64,000 nucleotides of DNA, taken from the NCBI GenBank assembly GCA_963717505.1, contig OY970342.1, forward strand, positions 1,024,001 to 1,088,000, read 5' to 3'. The position numbers were made by a program, and so were the translations under genes. The notes below the pieces were generated by a model. That model was given only the letters and a program-made list of their open reading frames with translations. It was not told where the DNA came from and did not search any database. Below are positions 1 through 9,790 of this stretch, in pieces. The stretch comes from Candidatus Eiseniibacteriota bacterium (lineage in GTDB: Bacteria; Eisenbacteria; RBG-16-71-46). Every line of letters starts with the position of its first letter. Position 1 is the stretch's first letter.

Positions 1-888
1 GATGCGTTCGCCTACGCCGATGCCCGCGACGTTCGCCTGCTCGACTACGAGGACGGGCTCCAGTTCGCGTGGCTCGGCGTGATCCCCGAGCGGCGATTGT
101 TGTTCGAGTCGGTGTATGGGGCATTGACCCTGATCAACGGGGTTCCGATCGGCTATGTCCTGGCCAGCGGGCTCTATCGCTCGTCCGAGATCGCCTACAA
201 CGTGTTCGACACCTGGCGCGGCGGCGAAGCCGGGCGCATCTACGGCCGCGTGCTGGCTGCCACCCGTCACGTCCTGGGCAGCGACGCGTTCACCATCGAC
301 CCCTACCAGCTGGGCGACGGCAACGACGAGGGCCTGCGCTCGGGCGCCTGGTGGTTCTACCGGAAGCTGGGCTTTGCGCCGCGCGATCCGGCAACCCTGC
401 GGCTGGCGCGGATCGAGGGCGCACGGTTGCGCCGCCGGCCGTCGTATCGCTCGAGCCTCGCGACTCTGCGGCGCCTGGTGCGCGAGAACGTCTACTGGTT
501 TGCCGGCCGCGAGCGCGACGACGTGCTCGGCTTGCTGCCGCTCGGCAGCGCATCGCTGGCCGCGACCCGACGACTTGGAGAGCGCTTCGGCGCCGACCGC
601 GAGCGCGCCGGACGCGTGGCGACCCGCGAGGCCGCTCGACTGCTGGGCATTCGCGGATTCGCGGCGTGGAGCGGCAACGAGCGCGCGGCGTTCGACGCGT
701 GGGCGCCGATCGTGCTCGAGCTGCCCGGCGTCCCGGGCTGGAGTACTGCGGAGCGGCGGGCAGCGGCCGCGGTGATCCGCGCCAAGGGCGGGCGGCGCGA
801 GTCCGACTTCGTCCTGCGGTTCGACGCGCATCGTCGTCTGCGCACCGCACTCCGCCGGCTGGCGGAGCGATTGGCAGCGGACTCGTGA
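1..888 (+). CDS. Hypothetical protein, 5' partial, with a GNAT-like C-terminal motif
   Basis: Frame is open from base 1 (DAFAYADARDVRLL...) to TGA at 886-888, with high-GC3 codon usage. 'GAWWFYRKLGF' resembles GNAT motif B. Confidence 0.75.
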   Translation, partial: DAFAYADARDVRLLDYEDGLQFAWLGVIPERRLLFESVYGALTLINGVPIGYVLASGLYRSSEIAYNVFDTWRGGEAGRIYGRVLAATRHVLGSDAFTIDPYQLGDGNDEGLRSGAWWFYRKLGFAPRDPATLRLARIEGARLRRRPSYRSSLATLRRLVRENVYWFAGRERDDVLGLLPLGSASLAATRRLGERFGADRERAGRVATREAARLLGIRGFAAWSGNERAAFDAWAPIVLELPGVPGWSTAERRAAAAVIRAKGGRRESDFVLRFDAHRRLRTALRRLAERLAADS

Positions 889-916
889 TCACGTTGGCCG
901 GCCGAGCACCCCGCAC

Positions 917-1873
917 ATGAGCGATCTGCACGTCGTGTTCGGCGCTGGACAGGTGGGCACGCCGCTCGCGCAGAACCTGCTCGCAGCCGGCGCCCGCGTG
1001 CGCGTGGCGCGACGATCGGCTGCACCCCTGCCGCCCGGAATCGAACTCGTCACCGGCGACGCTGCCGATCAAGCCTTCTGCGCCGACGCGGCCCGCGGCG
1101 CCGCAGTGGTCTATCACTGCATGAATCCCGCCTACTCGGCGCGCGAGTGGGAGCGGCTGGTTCCCCGCTACATGTCGAACCTGATCGCGGCAGCGCGGGC
1201 GTCGAACGCCCGGCTGGTCGTGCTCGACAACCTGTACATGCTCGGGCGCACCGGGGGCACTCCGATGAACGAGGACACCCCGATGAACCCGTGCAGCCAC
1301 AAGGGCGAGATCCGCGCCCGCGCGGCGCAGACGTTGTTCGACGCTCACCGACGCGGCGACGTGCGAGCGGTCACGGCGCGCGCCTCGGACTACTACGGAC
1401 CGGGCGGCCACCTCACCCACTTCGGCGACGTGTTCTGGAAGCCGGTGCTGGCCGGCAAACCGGCGCAGGTGCTGATCGACCCCGATTCGGTGCACACGTA
1501 CCACTTCATTCCCGACGTCGCCGCGGGGATCGCCACGCTGGGGCTCCAGGCCGAGGAACCGGATTTCGGGCGGTCATGGATGCTGCCGTGCGCGCCGGCC
1601 GGCACCGGCCGCGATCTGGTCGGGCGACTTTCGCGGGCATTCGGAAGCGAGATTCGGGTCACGAGACTCCCAGGGCTCATGCGCCGCGTGGTCGGCGTGT
1701 TCATGCCGATCCTGCGCGAGATCGAGGAAATGATGTACCAGTGGCAGGAGCCGTTCATCGTCGACGACCGGCGCTTTCGCGAGCGTTTTCACCTGGCGCC
1801 CGCGGACCCCGACAATGCCGCGCGCGCCACGGTGGATTGGGCTCGGCTCGCATACTCGGGTACGGGCCGATAA
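917..1873 (+). CDS. NAD-dependent epimerase/dehydratase family (atypical SDR)
   Basis: N-terminal Rossmann motif VFGAGQVG; DNLYMLG, KGEIRA and DYYGPG motifs typical of this family. Confidence 0.9.
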   Translation: MSDLHVVFGAGQVGTPLAQNLLAAGARVRVARRSAAPLPPGIELVTGDAADQAFCADAARGAAVVYHCMNPAYSAREWERLVPRYMSNLIAAARASNARLVVLDNLYMLGRTGGTPMNEDTPMNPCSHKGEIRARAAQTLFDAHRRGDVRAVTARASDYYGPGGHLTHFGDVFWKPVLAGKPAQVLIDPDSVHTYHFIPDVAAGIATLGLQAEEPDFGRSWMLPCAPAGTGRDLVGRLSRAFGSEIRVTRLPGLMRRVVGVFMPILREIEEMMYQWQEPFIVDDRRFRERFHLAPADPDNAARATVDWARLAYSGTGR

Positions 1874-1883
1874 GATCGACGTC

Positions 1884-4037
1884 GTGACCCCGCACCACGA
1901 AGGCCGCGCGCTACGCTGGACGCGAAACGCTTGTGGCGCCCTCGGCGTCCTGCTGATTCTCGCCGCCCTGCTGCTCGGCTACGCGACGCGTTCGCTGTTC
2001 AACGAGCGGGCGTTCGCCGACCGAATCGCCGCCAGCCTCGAGGACCCGCGCTTCGCCGGTTTCGTCGCCGAGCAGATCGCCGATGCCGTGATCGAGGCCA
2101 AGCCCGACCTGATCGGCTTGCGCCCGGTGCTGGTCGGCGTCGGCCGGAGCGTCGTGTCCTCGGCTCCGTTCCGCGCCGCGGTTCGCCGCAGCGCGCGCAC
2201 GCTGCACCACACGATCATGTCGGGCACCGGCAAGAACATCGTGCTGACCGTCAAGGATGTCGGAGCCCTCCTCGAGAGCGCGGCGGAAACCCACCCCGGC
2301 CTGGCGAAGCGGATCCCCGCCGGAGTCTCGGCGGCGCTCGGGCAGCTGGAAGCCATTCGTGGCGGCGAACTGGCGGTCCCGCTGATCCGAATCGCAAAGC
2401 GGATGCGTGCGGGAACCCTGTTGCTCCTGTTCCTCGGCCTCACGCTGTGCGTGACCCACGTCTGGCTCGCGCGCGACAGGCGGCGGGCGATCGTCGGGCT
2501 GGGCGTGGCGCTCGCCGTGATCGGCCTGGTGCTCGGCATCGTCAGCCGCTTCGGCGGCGACCTGCTCGGGCTGATGGCGCAGTCCAACCAACGGCCCGCG
2601 ATCGTCGGCCTGATCGGGACTTATCTCCGCGGACTCATGACCTGGGCCGCCGGACTCGGGTTCGCCGGACTCGTGCTCTCGGCGGCGTCGGCCTCGCTGC
2701 TCGAGCGGGTCCCCATCCAGAGCTGGGCGGCTCACACGCGGCAGTGGCTCACCGGCCCTCAACCGCGGATGCGATTGCGCCTGGCGCGCGGCGTGCTCGG
2801 CGCCGCGGTCGGAGCACTCCTGCTGTTCTGGCCGATGCCGTCCCTGACCGTGATCGGCTGGCTGTTCGGCGTGGTCGTGGCGTTCGCGGGGCTGCGGGAG
2901 GCGTTCGTCGCCGCACTCCACCTGCTGCCGCACGAACTTCGAGCCGAGCGCGTTCGAGACGCCGGTCGCCCACGCGGTAACGCCGTCGCCCTGGTCACCG
3001 CGCTGTCGCTCGTGTTGATCGCAGTCGCCGCCCTGATTCTGTTTCGCTCGGGCCGGGAGCCCGACGCTCCGCAGGACGTCACTGCCTGCAACGGCGCCCC
3101 GGAGCTTTGCGACCAGAGCCTCGACCGCGTGGTGTTCCCGACCACGCACAACTCGATGGGCGCTCCCGACGAAACTTCCTGGATGTTCCCGAATCAGGGA
3201 GCGGGCATCGCCCGCCAGCTCGAGGACGGCATTCGTGGCTTCATGATCGACGTCCACTACGGGGTCCCGGTCGGCGACAAGGTGAAGACCGAAGCTGGCA
3301 GACGAGAAGGTCGCGATGGCCAAGTACGAGGCGGCGCTCGGCAAGGAGGGCATGGCCGCGGTGCTCCGGATCCGCGACCGGCTGGCGGGCCAAGCCGCGG
3401 GCGACCGGGACGTCTACCTCTGCCACGGATTCTGCGAGCTCGGGGCGATGAAGCTGGTGCCGGTCCTGCGCGACGATGCGCGACTTCCTGGTCGCGAATC
3501 CCGGGGAGGTGCTGATCGTGGCGGTCCAGGACGAGAGCGTCACGCCCTCAGGACGTCGAGCGCTGCTTCCAGGAGAGCGGGTTGATCGACTACGTCTACC
3601 GCGGCCCGGCTCGGCCGCCGTGGCCGACGCTGCGCGAGATGATCGAAACCGATCAACGCGTGCTGGTCCTGGCCGAGAACGAGTGGGCCGGCGTCGACTG
3701 GTATCACCCGTCGTTCGAAGTCTTACAGGAGACACCGTATGGATTCCGCGACCCGTCCGAGTTCTCGAACCAACCGAATCGGGGCGGGACCGCTGGCTCG
3801 CTCCTGCTCATGAACCACTGGATCGAGACCACGCCGATGCCCAAGCCGAGCAATGCGGCGATCGTGAACGCGCACGACGCGCTGCTGGCGCGCATCCGCG
3901 CGTTCGAGCGAACGCGCGGCCGGGTACCGAACCTGGTGGCCGTGGACTTCTATGGCACCGGGGATCTGATCCAGGTCGTGCGCGAGCTGAACGCGAAGGC
4001 ATCGGTGCGCCGGCCTCCAGGGGCGCGCGGCCGCTGA
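1884..4037 (+). CDS. Multi-pass membrane protein fused to a PI-PLC-like phosphodiesterase domain (three apparent +1 frameshifts near 3294, 3475, 3548)
   Basis: Hydrophobic N-terminal region, then PI-PLC X-domain motifs TTHNSM, QLEDGIRGFMIDVH, YLCHG, NPGEVL and PNLVAVDFY spread over ORFs 1815-3515, 3316-3585, 3476-, 3582-4037. Removing three bases gives about 716 aa. GTG start at 1884 is inferred. Confidence 0.8.
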
Positions 4038-4097
4038 TTCTGGGGTCCTGAAGCCAGTTCCGAAAACGTCCGGTCCGGTGCCGGGGTTCGTGGCATC

Positions 4098-5613
4098 ATG
4101 AGCCCCATGTCGACCGCGACCCTGAACCCCACCACCTGCTACCGCGCCTTCGCCAGCCGCGACCGGCGATTCGACGGCGCCTTCTTCATGGCCGTGCGCA
4201 CGACCGGCGTCTATTGCCGGCCGGGTTGTCCGGCACGGCTCCCGGCGCGACAGAACGTCCGCTTCTTCCCTTCCGCCGCCGCCGCGGAGTCGGCCGGCTT
4301 TCGCGCTTGCTTCCGCTGCCGGCCCGACGCCTCCCCCGGCTCGCCGGCCTGGTCCGGAACCACCGCGACCGTGGCGCGCGCACTCCGGCTGATCGAAGAG
4401 AGCGCGCTCGAGGGAGTCCGCGTCGAGCGGGTTGCCGAGCGACTCGGTGTTTCGTCGCGCTGGATGCGGCGGCTGTTCGAGGAGCAGCTCGGCGCTGCAC
4501 CCCGCGACGTGGCGCGCACGCAGCGCGCGCACTTCGCGCGCCGGCTGATCGAGCAGAGCCGCATGCCGCTCGCCGACGTCGCACTCGCCTCGGGGTTTGG
4601 CGGCGAACGCAGGCTGCGGGCCGCGATCCACACCGCGTTCCACCGCTCGCCGGCCGAGTTGCGTGGCAGCCGTGCGGGGCGTGCGACGACGGGCTCCAGC
4701 GAGACGGCTTCCGCCGGGGTCATCGAGCTCAGGTTGCCGGCGCGCCCACCGTTCGACGCCCGTCCAATGATGTCGTTCTTCGCGCCGCGTGCGATCGACG
4801 GGGTCGAACGGGTGACTGGCGGTGTCTACGCGCGCAGCTTCCGACTCGACGGCGTCGCCGGCTGGTTCGAGGTCCGTGCGCTGCCGGACGACTCCGCGCT
4901 GAGCCTCCGCGTCGCGTGCGGATCCCCACGAGCCCTGCTGCCGGTGGCCGGACGCGTGAGCCGGATGTTCGACCTGGGCGCCGACGTGCGCGGCATCATG
5001 AACGTGCTGCGTCGCGATCCGTTGCTGGCTTCGAGAATTCCTCGGAGCGGGGTGCGGGTTCCCGGAGCGTGGGATCCGTTCGAGGCCGGGGTGCGCGCGA
5101 TCCTCGGCCAGCAGATTTCGGTCGCCGCCGCGCGCACGCTCGCCGCGCGGCTGGTGCGCGCGTACGGTGAGCCGCTGGCGGACGTCCCGGCCGATGGCGT
5201 CGCCCGCGGGATCAGCGCCGATCTCCCGCAAGGCATCTCGCACGTCTTCCCGACCCCGACGGCTTTGGCCGACGCCGATCTTGCGGACGCTCGGCCTGAC
5301 GCGGGCCCGCGTCGCCGCCCTGCGCGGCTTCGCCGCCGCGGTCGCAGACGGCCGCGTGGCACTCGCTGCGCCGCGCGCGACCGAGGATTTGATCGCGTCG
5401 CTGACCGCGCTCCCGGGAATCGGCGAGTGGACCGCCCAGTACCTGGCCATGCGAGCACTCGGCGAGCCGGACGCTTTTCCTGCGTCGGACCTGGGCGTGC
5501 GCAAGGCGCTGGCGCGCGGGAAGCGGCTGCCCACCGTCACTCAGGTACTCGAGCGTGCCGAGCGATGGCGACCGTGGCGCGCCTACGCGGTCATCGCGCT
5601 CTGGAGTTCATGA
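4098..5613 (+). CDS. alkA: Ada-AlkA fusion: Ada Zn-binding domain, AraC HTH, DNA-3-methyladenine glycosylase II (apparent +1 frameshift near 5281)
   Basis: AVRTTGVYCRPGC and GFRACFRCRP (Ada N-terminus); RAILGQQISV; after the shift LPGIGEWTAQY, DAFPASDLG and WRPWRAYA (HhH-GPD glycosylase). Confidence 0.92.
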
Positions 5614-5637
5614 CATGAAGCTTGAAAGGAGGTCCCC

Positions 5638-6162
5638 ATGAGCACCACCCCACTCGAAACCATGACCATGACCACCCGGCTCGGACCGATCGTATTGTTC
5701 GCGCACGCCGGCCGGCTGGTGGGACTCGAGTTCGCCGATCGTGTCGATCGCGTGCGCCGGCTCGAGCGCGGACTGATCGCCCGTCACGGGGCGAGCGGCG
5801 TGCGCCGAGCTGCGAATCCGGCCGGTGCGGCCACGCGGCTCGCGGCCTACTTTCGCGGCGACCTACAGGCGCTCGAAGGACAACCCGTAGCGGGCGAAGG
5901 CACGTCGTTCCAGAAGCGCGTCTGGGCGGCGTTGCGCGAGATCCCCGTGGGTGCGACGCGCTCGTACTCCGAAATCGCCAGGCGCATCGGGCAGCCGCGC
6001 GCGGTGCGCGCCGTGGCCGCCGCCAATGCCGCGAATCCGATCTCGCTGTTCGTTCCCTGCCACCGGGTGATCGGCGCCGACGGTTCACTGTGCGGCTATG
6101 GTGGCGGAATCGAGCGCAAACAGCGGCTGTTGGCGCACGAGCAACGCGCACGGGAGGGGTAG
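5638..6162 (+). CDS. ogt: Methylated-DNA--protein-cysteine S-methyltransferase
   Basis: GTSFQKRVW, IPVGATRSY, active-site PCHRV, GYGGG; RBS GGAGG upstream. Confidence 0.95.
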   Translation: MSTTPLETMTMTTRLGPIVLFAHAGRLVGLEFADRVDRVRRLERGLIARHGASGVRRAANPAGAATRLAAYFRGDLQALEGQPVAGEGTSFQKRVWAALREIPVGATRSYSEIARRIGQPRAVRAVAAANAANPISLFVPCHRVIGADGSLCGYGGGIERKQRLLAHEQRAREG

Positions 6163-6169
6163 GTGCGGT

Positions 6170-7042
6170 CTATGGATCTCGCACTATTTTCGAGAGGCAG
6201 TGTACGTCGGCGTATTCTCGACTGCCCTCTCGATAGCCGGTGACGAACAGAAGCTCGACGCCATTCATTAACGGCCCATCATCTACGCAGGCAGCATAGG
6301 GCCGATGAAGAATGACGCCCCCAATTCCCTCGCTGCTCGCTTCTCTCAACCAGTTCGTCAAATGCATACGCTCAAACGCGTCGAGCTCGCCCTGAACAAG
6401 ACCTCTGAGTACATCGAAATTGGCGACTCCGAGGATTCGATTGGGGGGCTCAAGTGCTCCGAGTGATAGCGCTATGACTCCATAACCAACGAGCGGCCCG
6501 AGTCGTTGCTGCGCCTTCTGTGCACCGTCTCTAAGAGCCTTCCGAATGCCCTTCCTTCTCGCAGGGCGTTTGCATTCAATGAAAAAGCTTACTCCTCCAG
6601 TCCGACAGACAACGTCGACTTGATCAATGTCCTCAATCTCTACTTCGCCACTCTTGACATAAGAGAGGACCTCAAGTTCGAAGGCTGTATTCCTGCTGCG
6701 ATTTGACGCCGAACCCAGGTTTTCCGACGCGACGAGCACGGGGCCGCCTAGGCAACGCCTCACCCGCTCCACAGGAGGATTCAGTCCTCGAAGACCCTTC
6801 CAGATACGGACGATCTGGGAGCACTCAACAAAGGCGGCGATCACCTCGTGCCTGTGAACAGAGGTCAGCTCGCTGAACCGCGTCGCCCCTTTCTTCCAAT
6901 CGGCGTCATATCGTCTGATGATCCTCTCGTATTCGGCAAACCGGTCATGCTTTCGATCGATCCCAAGGCCCTCGATCCACCTTAAGGCTTGTCGCAATTC
7001 GGACAGAACATGGTCGTGGCTTTGGTCAGAAACCTGAAACAT
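6170..7042 (-). CDS. Low-GC hypothetical protein with a PD-(D/E)XK nuclease-like motif
   Basis: 290-aa ORF exactly filling the gap between ogt and arginase; GC well below flanks (line 6541-6600 is 30/60 GC); FELEV...VDVV-x7-FIECK motif. Confidence 0.75.
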   Translation of the reverse strand: MFQVSDQSHDHVLSELRQALRWIEGLGIDRKHDRFAEYERIIRRYDADWKKGATRFSELTSVHRHEVIAAFVECSQIVRIWKGLRGLNPPVERVRRCLGGPVLVASENLGSASNRSRNTAFELEVLSYVKSGEVEIEDIDQVDVVCRTGGVSFFIECKRPARRKGIRKALRDGAQKAQQRLGPLVGYGVIALSLGALEPPNRILGVANFDVLRGLVQGELDAFERMHLTNWLREASSEGIGGVILHRPYAACVDDGPLMNGVELLFVTGYREGSREYADVHCLSKIVRDP

Positions 7043-7054
7043 CCGGAGGCGTCG

Positions 7055-7975
7055 CTAGAGAATCCGCTTGCCCAGCACGCTCTGCGCCAGCTCGGCCGCG
7101 AGCACGCCGGTCATGTTCTGCGAGTCGAGCACCGGATTCACTTCGACCAGATCGATCGCCAGGATGTTCGCGCGATCCGAGAGCATTTCCATCGCCAGGT
7201 GTGCTTCGCGATAGGTGATGCCACCCTGGACCGGCGTTCCGGTCCCGGGCGCATCCTCGGGATCGACCACGTCGAGATCGAACGACAGGTGAACACCCGC
7301 CGTACCGTCGCTCGCCAGGCGGATCGCCTCGTCGACCACGTCGCGCATGCCGCGCTCATCGAGGTCGCGCATCGTGTACACGGTGACGCCGGCCTTCTTG
7401 AGCGTCTCGCGCTCGCCCGCGTCCAGGTCGCGGACGCCGATGACCACGGTGTTGCGCGGCAGGACCTTCGGCGTCTTGCCACCTAGGTTCACCAGGTCGG
7501 GATCGCCGAGCCCGAGCGAGACCGCGAGCGCCATGCCGTGGATGTTGCCCGACGGCGTGGTTTCGGGCGTGTTGGCGTCGCCATGGGCGTCGAACCAGAT
7601 GACCCCGATGTTCTCGCCCTCGGCGGCGGCGTGCAGGCTGGTGCCGGCGATCGAGCCGATCGCAATGCTGTGGTCGCCGCCGAGCACCAGCGGCACGCGA
7701 TTCTTCCCCAGGCTCGCCTGGACCATCCTGCACAGGTCGTCGCACATCTTGAGGATCGACGCCTTGTACTTGAGCTTGCCCTCGCCGATTTTCGACGTTT
7801 CCGGAATGGTCACGTCGATGTCACCCAAGTCCTGGACCCGGTGGCCGAGGGACTCCAGGCGAGCCTCGAGGTCGGCGACGCGGATCGCGGAGGGACCCAT
7901 GTCGACGCCGCGGCGGCCTGCGCCGAGGTCGACCGGCACGCCAATCACGTCGATGCTGCGCTTCTTCATGGCCAT
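7055..7975 (-). CDS. rocF: Arginase
   Basis: GAGRRGVDMGP, LGGDHS, WFDAHGD, TPSGNIHGM, SFDLDVVDP, GTGTPV, VEVNP ureohydrolase motifs. Confidence 0.96.
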   Translation of the reverse strand: MAMKKRSIDVIGVPVDLGAGRRGVDMGPSAIRVADLEARLESLGHRVQDLGDIDVTIPETSKIGEGKLKYKASILKMCDDLCRMVQASLGKNRVPLVLGGDHSIAIGSIAGTSLHAAAEGENIGVIWFDAHGDANTPETTPSGNIHGMALAVSLGLGDPDLVNLGGKTPKVLPRNTVVIGVRDLDAGERETLKKAGVTVYTMRDLDERGMRDVVDEAIRLASDGTAGVHLSFDLDVVDPEDAPGTGTPVQGGITYREAHLAMEMLSDRANILAIDLVEVNPVLDSQNMTGVLAAELAQSVLGKRIL

Positions 7976-8119
7976 GAGCCGCGCAGTCTATCAGCCGCGC
8001 CTCGGCGCCTGCCACCACGCTAACCGCGCCGGTGGCTACGTGTTCGCGTTCCGGTTGTCATTCGGGGGCGCGGTGGTCAAGGATGGCGGCGGTTCCGCCG
8101 AAAACTGCAGGGACCCCGC

Positions 8120-8806
8120 ATGACCACCCCTCCTTCGCAACCCCAGCGTTTCGCGCGTTCCCGCGCGACCCTGATCGCCCGCCTGCTGGTCGCGGCGGGC
8201 GCTCTGCTGCCGCTGGGCGCCCAGTCCGATCTGGCGCGCAACGCGAATCCGCCACCCGCACCGCGTCTGTCGGCCCCCGAGAACGCGCTGCTCGCGGAGG
8301 ATTTTTCGAGCGGACTCGGCGACTGGGCGACCGAACACAAAGACTACTGGCACGTGCGCGGCGGCATGCTGCGCGCCGACCTCCCGGATCGCAAACAACT
8401 CCACACGCTGATTCGCGCCGGTGACACCACGTGGCACGACTATGCGCTCGACTTCGACGTCTGCGGCATGCGCGGTGTCGACAAGGGAGCGATCATTCGC
8501 GTGGTCGGCGACGTCGGCCTCGGCGTCGACCTGCGCGGTCCCGGCTACAACGACATTCGCGTGCACCTGAGCGTGTCGCCACTCGGTCGAGTGGACGTAA
8601 TCAACGCGAACGGCACGTGGCACCACGTGCGCATGGAGATCCAGGATCGCCGCTGCCGAGTCCTGGTCGGGAACGAACTCCTGCTCGACCGCTTCGTTTC
8701 GAAGCGCCTGCCACCCGGCGGGGGCATTGCGCTCGCCGCCTATACCGGAGGCGTCGGGGAGTGCACGGTCTATTTCGACAACGTGGTAGTGACGCCACTC
8801 GAGTAG
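8120..8806 (+). CDS. Exported ConA-like/DUF1080-like beta-sandwich protein
   Basis: Hydrophobic signal-like N-terminus; EDFS...W, WHHVRMEI, GGIAL, VYFDNVVV pattern of lectin/DUF1080 folds. Confidence 0.7.
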   Translation: MTTPPSQPQRFARSRATLIARLLVAAGALLPLGAQSDLARNANPPPAPRLSAPENALLAEDFSSGLGDWATEHKDYWHVRGGMLRADLPDRKQLHTLIRAGDTTWHDYALDFDVCGMRGVDKGAIIRVVGDVGLGVDLRGPGYNDIRVHLSVSPLGRVDVINANGTWHHVRMEIQDRRCRVLVGNELLLDRFVSKRLPPGGGIALAAYTGGVGECTVYFDNVVVTPLE

Positions 8807-8819
8807 ATGCGCGAAAGCC

Positions 8820-8840
8820 CGCACCCGTGCATCGGGTGCG
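8820..8840. terminator. Hairpin between convergent genes
   Basis: CGCACCCG-TGCAT-CGGGTGCG, perfect 8-bp stem, no clear U-tract. Confidence 0.4.
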
Positions 8841-8871
8841 AACTCTGCGCTGCGAGAACTGCTGAAACCGA

Positions 8872-9135
8872 CTACCAGGCCTTGCGCGCGAGCAGCGTGA
8901 GCCGCTTGCTGTCGGGGAGGACCGGTGCGCTCCGATCCAGTCGGATCACCCGGCCGTAGCCACCCGGCACGATCCGCCCCCCGCGACCGGAATCCTCGCG
9001 CTTCCGCGCCGATGCGGTCGTGACCATCGCGGCACTCAGCACCACGGCGAGCGCGAGAACCATCCCGACGTTGAGGTGCGACCTGCGGACCGCGGCAACA
9101 TTGATCCTGGCGTATTCAGAACGACGCGAATTCAT
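8872..9135 (-). CDS. Small secreted basic protein (paralog A), 87 aa
   Basis: RBS GGAGG before ATG 9135; 43-aa leader ending ASA; homologous to the neighbouring ORF 9349-9693. Confidence 0.72.
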   Translation of the reverse strand: MNSRRSEYARINVAAVRRSHLNVGMVLALAVVLSAAMVTTASARKREDSGRGGRIVPGGYGRVIRLDRSAPVLPDSKRLTLLARKAW

Positions 9136-9231
9136 GATTGCGACCTCCACCGCCCGATTCCGGGCTCGAGGAGCGGCCGGTCGTGTCGTGGTTCGAGGGG
9201 CCGGACGCTCGTCTTTCGATCCCACGGCGGG

Positions 9232-9259
9232 ACGTACCGGCGAGGTTCTCGAAGGTTGG
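9232..9259 (-). promoter_or_regulatory. Conserved bipartite motif CCAACCTTC-N10-CCGGTACGT, copy 1 (ECF-sigma-like promoter)
   Basis: Both 9-mers and the 10-nt spacing are identical to the copy at 9791-9818 while the spacers differ. Confidence 0.6.
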
Positions 9260-9293
9260 TGGGTTTCGCGCCAAGCCGCTGGAATAGCGCGAA

Positions 9294-9320
9294 GCCCTCG
9301 CGCCGCGAAGGCGCGAGGGC
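9294..9320 (-). terminator. Hairpin downstream of paralog B
   Basis: Perfect 11-bp stem GCCCTCGCGCC/GGCGCGAGGGC with 5-nt loop, 28 nt after the stop; weak U-tract. Confidence 0.55.
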
Positions 9321-9348
9321 CAGGGATCGAACGGGGCAGTCCGGGTCG

Positions 9349-9693
9349 TTAGCGGGCGACCTTGCGCGCGAACGGCAGCACGAGCCGCCAGGTACGAACG
9401 TCGAGTCCGAACTTCCGACCGAGCCCAGCACCACCATCGTGGTCGACGCCAATCTTGCGCCGGAATCCGGCGCCCCCGTCGTGATCGATTCCGATCTGCC
9501 TGCCGCCCGGGCTCTGCACTGCCCAGTCTGCGACGACACCGCGGGCGCCACCGACTCGCTTGGCGGCCGAAGCCGGCGCGGTCAGCGCGACGCACAGCGC
9601 GGCGGTCATGGCCAGCATTCCCCACCCCAACACCAGCGACCTCTGAACTCTCGCCCGGATGCTCAGGGCCTGATTCCCACGGAGCGTGTTCAT
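9349..9693 (-). CDS. Small secreted protein with tandem 14-aa repeats (paralog B), 114 aa
   Basis: 43-aa leader ending ASA; repeats GRQIGIDHDGGAGF / RRKIGVDHDGGAGL / GRKFGLD differ mainly at synonymous positions, supporting this frame. Alternative start 9705. Confidence 0.78.
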   Translation of the reverse strand: MNTLRGNQALSIRARVQRSLVLGWGMLAMTAALCVALTAPASAAKRVGGARGVVADWAVQSPGGRQIGIDHDGGAGFRRKIGVDHDGGAGLGRKFGLDVRTWRLVLPFARKVAR

Positions 9694-9790
9694 TGCGACC
9701 CCCATCCCCCCCCTCTCGGGGCTTCCGCGGGCGGCCGGTCAGGTCGTCGTTCGAGGCTCGACCGGCTGCTCGATCCTTTGCGACGCCTGA

